Below, piece by piece: positions 55,234 through 64,000 of a stretch of 64,000 nucleotides of DNA. The translations under genes were made by a program, and so were the position numbers. Each line of letters opens with the position of its first letter. Position 1 is the stretch's first letter. Under the pieces are notes generated by a model. The model saw nothing but the letters and a program-made list of their open reading frames with translations. It made no database searches and was not told where the DNA came from. Origin of the DNA: Octopus vulgaris (taxonomy: Eukaryota); the NCBI GenBank assembly GCA_951406725.2, contig OX597840.1, positions 7,936,001 through 8,000,000 on the forward strand. The letters are read 5' to 3'.

Positions 55234-55971
55234 TGCATATGTGTACATATATATATAAATATAAATATATATAAGTGTACATTCATATATACATATATAT
55301 ATATAAATATACATACACACACACACACATAAACATGTGCGTGTATGTGTGTTTGTGTGTATAAAATCTAACAGCTGTGAGATTTTAACCAAGATCATCT
55401 TAGTCATTCACTCCCAGGCAGACATGACTCCCAGAAGTACTTTCTGCCTAATCTTAATAAACCCCAATAAACATCACATGCACAGAGATGTGTGTATGCA
55501 CACATATACACAGTATACATGACCACCACCACAGCCATCATCATCATCGTCAACATCACTACCAACATCTTCACTACCATCACCACCATCACTACAAACA
55601 TCATAACTTGTCACCATCATCATCACCATCACCATCATCATCATCATCACCATCAGCATCATCAGCATCATTCTCATCATTTTAATGTTTGACATATGTT
55701 TAGCTGCGTCATTTGCCTCTGGAGGTCCACTACCTCAAAAGCTGACCCCACCCAACAGCTTATTTCCTGGTCTTCATTGGCAATTTCCTCCTCTTCTCCC
55801 TTGCAAACAGACAAACACACACACATGTGGATTATAGCTGTGTAAGATATCCCACATCAGGTGAATACGAACCAAATGTGTGCTCGGTTTAGCATATAAC
55901 AAACCAATGATCCCCAAGACCCAGTACCAAAGCCAAATGATACATCAGTTATATATTTTCAGCCAATATTA

Positions 55972-56545
55972 TTCTTTTCTACTCTAGGCACAAGGCCTGA
56001 AATTTTGGGGAAGGGGGCCAGTCGATTAGGTCGACTCCAGTACGCAACTGGTACTTAATTTATTGACTCCAAAATGATGAAAGGCAAAGTCGACCTCGGA
56101 TGAATTTGAACTCAGAACATATAAACAGACAAAATACCTGTTTCTTTACTACCCACAAGGGGCTAAACACAGAGAGGACAAACAAGGACAGACAAACGGA
56201 TTAAGTCAATTATATCGATCCCAGTGCTTAACTGGTACTTATTTAATCGACCCTGAAAGGATGAAAGGCAAAGTCGACCTCGGGGGAATTTGAACTCAGA
56301 ACATAAAAACAGACAAAATACCTATTTCTTTACTACCCACAAGGGGCTAAACACAGAGGGGACAAACAAGGACAGACAAATGGATTATGTCGATTATACC
56401 AACCCCAGTGCATAACTGGTACTTAATTTATGACCCTGAAAGGATGAAAGGCAAAGTCGACCTCGGTGGAATTTGAACTCAGAACGTAATGGCAGATGAA
56501 AGACGGCTACGCATTTCGCCTGGCATGCTAACGTTTCTGCCAGCT
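55972..56545 (-). mobile_element. SINE family B, one head plus ~3 units
   Basis: Repeated aaaggcaaagtcgacctcgg units. Confidence 0.8.
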
Positions 56546-56762
56546 TTCCATGCAAATAAACAAATGAAACTGCTTTGGTCAGGTATACAGAAGCTAGTTA
56601 GTCGCTCTGGCGAGTTAGCCATGTAAAGAGAGAGAGGGCAAAGATTGGAAATTTTCAGATGATGAATATTCAAATATAAATATATGAATGTTTATTTATC
56701 AACAGAGCAAACTTACACAGAGTACAAAGATACAGAAAATCGAAGGGGCGAAGGTATGATAT

Positions 56763-56804
<42 letters not shown>

Positions 56805-56872
56805 GGAGTAAACACATAAATGTGAAACAAGGTGGAAAAAGAGTACTCAAATACCAGTGGTAGAGTAATATG

Positions 56873-56976
56873 CTTTATTTAAAGCAGCAGAAAATTCAAC
56901 AAAACCTGTTACTCTGAGTTTCACGTGAAACTCAGAGTAACAGGTTTTGTTGAATTTTCTGCTGCTTTAAATAAAG
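56873..56976. repeat. Perfect 104-bp spacerless palindrome
   Basis: 52-bp arms are exact reverse complements centred on cacgtg. Confidence 0.95.
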
Positions 56977-57499
56977 TATATATATATCTGTAAATACAAT
57001 GGGCTTTTTTCAGTTTCTGTTCACCAAATCTACTCACAGGGCTTTGGTTAGCCTAGAGCTACAGTAGAAAACCCTTGACCAAGGTGCCATACAGTGAGAT
57101 TGAACCCAGAACCATGGGATTGGGAAGTAAACTTTTTATGATTAATCTTTCCAGGTTCACAGCATTAAGGTATTAATCTCTAATAATACAGGCACAAGAG
57201 AGTGTATATTTGATTTAATCAATAATCAATACTTCACCACAATATATTGTTTAATTGACCATTACCCCAGAAGAATGACAGTCAAACTCGACCTCAGCAG
57301 GATTTGAACTCAGAAAGTAAAGCTAAAAGGATGTAACTAGATTTGAACTAAAACTGTTGTTCTACTGATTTTGTTGCTCTGCTGCACATTTGATTATTGT
57401 AAAGATAACGAATGGTGTGCTGTTTGCATGCATATGTGTTGCGTGTGTGTGTGTGTGTACGTGTGCATGGGCTTGTGTGTTTGTGTTTGATTGTGTGCT

Positions 57500-57532
<33 letters not shown>

Positions 57533-58298
57533 CTGTGTGTTTGTGTGTGCTTGTGTGTTTGTGTTGTGTGTATGCTTGTGTGTTTCTGTTTGATTGTGTG
57601 TTTGTGTTTGTTTTTGATTGTGTGTTTGTGTTGTGTGTGTGCTTGTGTGTGTGTGTGTGTTTGTGTGTCTATTTGTGTGTGTGTGTGTGTGTGTGTTTGT
57701 GTATGTGCTTGTGTGTGTGTTTCTGTTTGATTGTGTTTGTGTGTGTGAGTTTGTGTGTGTGTATGTTTGTGTGTATGTGTGTGTATATGTGTGTGTATGT
57801 GTGTGTTTGCTTGTATATGTGCATGATGAATAATACAAATGCTTGACCAGTCATCATTTAAGAATGATTAAAGTGACCAAAGATATATATACAACAAAAA
57901 ACCACAAAAACAAAATCACATTCTGGCAAAGACCTCCAAGTACACAGCCTGCCTTGACTGTTTCTCTAGCTTTTCTGCACTTCTTGATAAGAGTCTCGTA
58001 ATGTTGTAAATTATAACAATTAATAGAGGCTTTCCCAACGAAGTTAACGAGGTTAATGTATTAGGTATCATTTCCAGTTTCACAGTTCAGTTGTGATAAT
58101 TTGGAAAAAGCACTGGGAATTAGAATTTCTGCTCTGATAATTCTTCTAAATATCCGAATATTTTCAGACACACATAAAAAAATTTTTTTAGCTTAAATAA
58201 GATTTTCTTTATGTTTTATATTTTATCTTTAACAAATTTAACTCTTCAGCTCTGGGAGGCAGAAATTTGTTATGGTCATTGGTTATTTGGTCACCAAG

Positions 58299-58346
<48 letters not shown>

Positions 58347-58354
58347 CATTGTGT

Positions 58355-58770
58355 ACAGGAGTGGCTGTATGGTAAGTAGCTTGCTAACCAACCACATGGT
58401 TCTGGGTTCAGTCCCACTGCGTGGCATCTTGGGCAAGTGTCTTCTGCTATAGCCTCGGGACGACCAAAGCCTTGTGAGTGGATTTGATAGACGGAAACTG
58501 AAAGAAGCCTGTCGTATATATATATATATATATTTGTATGTGTGTGTATATGTTTGTGTGTCTGTGTTTGTCCCTCTAGCATTGCTTGACAACCGATGAT
58601 GGTGTGTTTACGTCTCCATCACTTAGCGGTTCGGCAAAAGTGACCAATAGAATAAGTACTGGGCTTACAAAGAATAAGTCCCGGGGTCGATTTGCTCGAC
58701 TAATGGCGGTGCTCCAGCATGGCCGCAGTCAAATGACTGAAACAAGTAAAAGAGTAAAAGAGTAAAGAGA
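58355..58770 (+). mobile_element. SINE family A
   Basis: Family A consensus match. Confidence 0.85.
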
Positions 58771-59390
58771 GTGCTCAGGTGCACTACAACTCATCTAAAG
58801 TGTATCTAAAGTACATAGGGTAATGTACAAGCGTCAGGAAAAGAACAGTGCATGAGTCATGACATACACATATGTGTATGAGTATGGAAGGGGGACAATC
58901 AGGTGTAGTTTCGGCGGATTTCGGAAAGCATGAGGGCCTTAAAGGATGCAGTGTCATGGCAGTCAACAACTGATGCAGGCAGTTTGTTCCATGCTTCAGC
59001 AACTCTGAGCGTGAAAAAATGTTTCCGAAAGTCATGGGAGCTGTGCTGTTTTCTGACTTTGTAGGCATGTCCACATGTGTTGGACACATGAAGATCAAAA
59101 AGGTGTTCAGTGTTGTTGTTGGTGAGGTGGTTGATAACTTTGTGGGTGTTTACCAAGTCCATCGCCAGATGCCGGAGCTTCAGTGAATCCATGCCCAGGG
59201 AAACAAGGCGCTCAGAGTATGGTAGATGTCTGATGGAGGGTATGCGTTTGGTTGCACGTCTCTGAACAGATTCCAGGAGGTCAATGTTCTGAGCAAGATA
59301 GGGGTTCCAAACTGATGATGCGAATTCCAAGTGTGGTCGTACCATAGCTGTATACAGCTTTAAATAGATGGCTGGAGAGCGGCTAACAAA
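58770..59390 (-). mobile_element. CR1-type LINE 3' fragment (diverged subfamily)
   Basis: VRPHLEFASSVWNPY...LESVQRRATK...AWNKLP. Confidence 0.9.
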
Positions 59391-60979
59391 AGAATAAACA
59401 GTCTGGCATTAGTGAGGATGGGCTATCTCCTTTAGACCAGCTCTATTTGTGGGCCGGGAGAGGAGAACAAGGGATTTATCCCTTGGGATGCTTTTGAATC
59501 GTAAGGAGTCTCCTGGGTTTGGTCAGCAAATGAGGAATCCCACGCATAATGCAAATAAGATTTCACAGCTCTTGTATCGCTCCTTCATAGTCAACCTATG
59601 AACTTTTCTGCACATCCTCAGTGCACCTGAGCACTGCATACAATAATTTCCTTATTATATGCTTTATACACACTTTTGACAAGTTGTGGGGCACCTGAGC
59701 ACTGTATACAATAATTTCATTATTATTATTATTATTATATTTTGTAAATATACTTATAAGTTTGCACTGTATATTGTCTATAGAAAATAGGGTGATATTG
59801 GGGAATATAAACTCCTGAGGGAAAAAAAAATTCATCATCATCATCGTCACCATCATAACCACTGCTATCATCACCAACATCACCCTCATCATCATGACCA
59901 CCATCACCACCACCACCACCATCATCATCACTATTGTCATCATAATCATAATCATCATGATCATTATCATCATCATCTCCACCATCATAACTACTACCAT
60001 CATGATCATCATCACCATGACCACCACCATTAACTGCATTGTCATCCATATATCACTGTCAATCATTCTCTACCTCTCCCTCTCTCTTCCCCCTCTCTCT
60101 CTCTTCCTCTCTCTCTTTCTCTCAGCACTTTCTGTTGCATAACTCATTTTATCATTTCTAGTCTCCTTTAAAACTCTATACCCCACGCAGCACCCCATTT
60201 ACCCACAGCACAACAAACGCCCACGCCACCAACCACACCACCACCACAACAACAAACACCCACAACACCACCACCACCACCACGGCTACCACCACCACCA
60301 CCACCACGGCTACCACCACCACCACCACCACAACCACCGCCACCGCCACCACCACCACCACCACCACCACGGCTACCACCACCACCACCACAACAACAAC
60401 ACAAACGCCCACGCCACCAACCACACTACTACCACAACAAACACCCACAACACCACCAACACCCCTACAACCTCCACCACCACCACCACCATAATTATCT
60501 CCATCTTTGTCCACTTCTTTTGTTAAATTCCACCTCCATCTCCAATGCCCCTACATTCCGCTCCTTCCTCCACCATCACATATAAGCCCCTCTCTCCCCC
60601 ACACTTCCATCCATATCACAGCTACATCTCTCTCTCTCTCTCTTCCATCTCTCTCCCTCTCTCTTGCTCCTTCCTTACATTTGTCTCCTCTCACTCTCAC
60701 TCTTCCTTCGTCTCACCATTATCCTTATCATTTTCATCATCCTCTTCAAAACTTTCTACTTATTCCCGTGTGAGAATATCAAAAGCTGGTTTTGTTTTTA
60801 TTTTTTATATTCTATTTCTTCATTGATATATTAACAATTTAACATAGTAAAAAAATAAAAAAACACAACAAAAAAAGGGGTAAGAAAAAAATGCAGAAAA
60901 GCGAAATAATTAAATCAAAATTAAAGAAACTTGAATCAATAAGTAGTATTTTTTTTAACCAATTCTTTATCACAGATCT

Positions 60980-61256
60980 AACACACACACACACACACAC
61001 ATGTATATATATAAACACAAACATATATATATAAACACACATATATATAAACACACACACACATATATAGACACATACACACACACACGTATATATATAA
61101 ACACAAACATATATATATAAACACATATATATAAACACACATACATATATAGACACATACACACACACACGTATATATATATATAAACACACACACACAT
61201 ATATATATAAACACACACACACATATATATATAAACACATATATATATATAAACAC

Positions 61257-61295
<39 letters not shown>

Positions 61296-61382
61296 TATAT
61301 ATATATATATAAACACACACATATATATATAAACACACACACACATATATATATAAACACATATATATATATAAACACACAC

Positions 61383-61429
<47 letters not shown>

Positions 61430-61935
61430 AACACACACATATATATATAAACACACATATATATAAACACACACACACATATATAGACACATACACACAC
61501 ACACGTATATATATATATAAACACACACACACATATATATATAAACACACACACACATATATATATAAACACATATATATATATAAACACACACACATAT
61601 ATACACACACACACACACACACAAACATATATATATATATATAAACACACACATATATATATAAACACACATATATATAAACACACACACACATATATAG
61701 ACACATACACACACACACGTATATATATATATAAACACACACACACATATATATATAAACACACACATATATATATAAACACACATATATATATAAACAC
61801 ACACATATATACACACAAACACACACACAAACATATATATATATAAACACACACACATACATACACACATACATTCACATATACACACATACACATGTAT
61901 AAATACACACAGACATATATATGTACACACACACA
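60980..61935. repeat. Compound (CA)/(TA) satellite with higher-order units
   Basis: Repeated atatataaacacacac units with periodic tagacacatac/cacgtat markers. Confidence 0.9.
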
Positions 61936-61959
61936 AGATAAAAAAGTTAACAGAAGGAA

Positions 61960-62475
61960 TGACAGATGGTTATGTGCAGACCCTGAAGTTTCAAGTGTTA
62001 CATATACAAAATTTCTTGCAACTGTCATTGTTTTAGGGGTTATCAGCAATGAAGAACATGTGGTGCTTCCTTACTTCTTTCCACAAGGCCTTAGAGTTAA
62101 TTCTGCAGCCTACATTGAGGTCCTGGAAACAATCGTTAAGCCCTGGATAGACAGTGTATGCAATGGAAGGCCATATGTGTTTCAGTAAGACTCTGCACTA
62201 TCACACATGGCTCTAGTAACACAGGAATGGATGGCTGAAAAGTTTCATGATCACATAATCCCTAACATTTGGCCTCCTAATTTCCCAAACCTCAATCCAT
62301 GTGGAGCATTGTTGAGAGGTCAATGAACACGCCCATAACACCAAAGATTCTTTGAAAGCTACCATAGTCAGAGTAATGTCCAAAATGAACCAGAACCTCT
62401 TGATTCAAGCATGGAGATGATTTAGATCTCATATAAAAGCAGTTGTTGAAGCTGAAGGGGACTTTATTGAAAAAC
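61960..62475 (+). pseudogene. Tc1/mariner-superfamily transposase relic
   Basis: GLRVNSAAYIEVLETIVKPW...YVFQ*DSALSH...WPPNFPNLNP, a decayed QQDxAPxH and WPPNSPDLNP. Confidence 0.8.
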
Positions 62476-62803
62476 ATTATAGAAAAGAAGGTTTATTTTT
62501 ATCCTTATAGCATTTATGACGATGGTTATGACAACGAGGTTCCAGGGGATCCAATCAACGGAACAGCCTACTCATGAAATTAACATGCAAGCGGCTGAGC
62601 ACTCCACAGACACGTGTACCTTTAACATTAGTTCTCGGAGAAATTCAGCATGGCAGAGAGTGTGACAAGGCTGGCACTTTGAAATACAAGTACAACCCAA
62701 ACAGGAAGAATGAGTGAGAAAGTTGTGGTGAAAGAGTACAGCAGGGTTCACCACCACTCCATCACAGCAAGTTCAAAACCCTCCACTGTTCACATTAACT
62801 ACC

Positions 62804-63405
62804 TATTTCTTTACTACCCACACGGGGCTAAACATAGAAGGGACAAACAAGGGCAGACAAATGGATTAAGTCGATTATATCGACCTCAGGGAATAACTGG
62901 TACTTATTTAATCGACCCCGAAAGGATGGAAGGCAAAGTCGACCTCGGCAAAATTTGAACTCACAACGTAGCGCCAGACAAAATACCTATTTCTTTACTA
63001 CCCACAAGGGGCTAAACATAGAAGGGACAAACAAGGACAGAGAAAGGGATTAAGTCGATTATATCGACCCCAGTGAGTAACTGGTACTTATTTAGTCGAC
63101 CCCAAAAGGATGAAAGGCAAAGTCAACATCGATGGAATTTGAACTCAGAATGTAGCAACAGACGAAATACCTATTTCTTTATTACCCACAAGGGGCTAAA
63201 CATAGAGGGAACAAACAAGGACAGACAAAGGTATTAAGTCGATTACATCAACCCCAGCGCATAACTGGTACTTATTTAATCGACCCCGAAAGGATGAAAG
63301 GCAAAGTCGACCTCGGCGGAATTTGAACTCAGAACGTAGCGGCAGATGAAATACCGCTGAGCATTTTGCCCAGCGTGCTAATGGTTCTGCCATCTTGCCG
63401 CCTTA
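62804..63405 (-). mobile_element. SINE family B, one head plus three units inside one TSD
   Basis: TSD tgttcacattaactacc at 62787-62803 and 63409-63425. Confidence 0.85.
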
Positions 63406-64000
63406 TAATGTTCACATTAACTACCGAAACCAACTTCACACTCAAGTATTGTGTCAACCGTTCCACTTGAATTTTGCCCGGCACCATCGCACACATCCAC
63501 TGCATGACACCCACTACTACATATGAGCAACTGCTCACATCATCTTCCAGCAGACTTTGCGCCACCTGTTCAACATTATCAGATTCCAGCTGGAACTAAC
63601 TCACCACATGGGCAACAGTTGTCTTTATAGTTCACCCACACAGTGAAAAGCATGCCCAAATCATATTGCCTATGTTTTAAAACAGTTGTGTGACCACAAA
63701 GAATCATCTGTGTCATGTTTGCTTGCAACACCAGAGAGCAGTGTTTTAATTTGCATCATATGAACGAGAAATTATCTGAATATAATTTTTATGTTTGTAA
63801 ATATATATATATATATATATAAATATAAATATTCATACATACAAACATATATATACATATATATATACATATACATATGATATATGAACGAGAAATTATC
63901 TGAATATAATTTTTATGTTTGTAAATATATATATTTATATATATATATATATATATATATAAATATACATAGATACAAGCATATATATACATATATATAT

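Noticed and set aside
60839-62049. Longest ORFs in the track (298-365 aa), and similar ones at 22237-22882 and 46882-47806
   Set aside because: Translations of (TA)/(CA)/(TG) microsatellites ([12 protein letters not shown]), which lack stops by construction

Overview
AT-rich, microsatellite-saturated animal genomic DNA. The SINE families look like those of a coleoid cephalopod such as Octopus, but that is an inference. Most of the window is repeats: several tRNA-derived SINE families (often in tandem concatemers), CR1- and RTE-type LINE 3' fragments, Helentron/HINE-like and TIR non-autonomous elements, Gypsy-integrase and Tc1/mariner relics, hairpins inside (TA)n tracts, and one 100-N gap. 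The only protein gene I recognise is the last three coding exons of a PNKD/glyoxalase-II-like metallo-beta-lactamase hydrolase on the minus strand (28606-23818); I could not find its upstream exons in the window. Around it, on the same strand, is a series of frame-compatible phase-1 candidate micro-exons and alternative terminal exons of an unidentified gene, including a duplicated Gly-stop acceptor and a frame broken by a single TGA. This is the most interesting signal, but it is unproven. Nearly all entries in the ORF track are microsatellite or repeat artefacts. Repeat boundaries were read by eye and are approximate.
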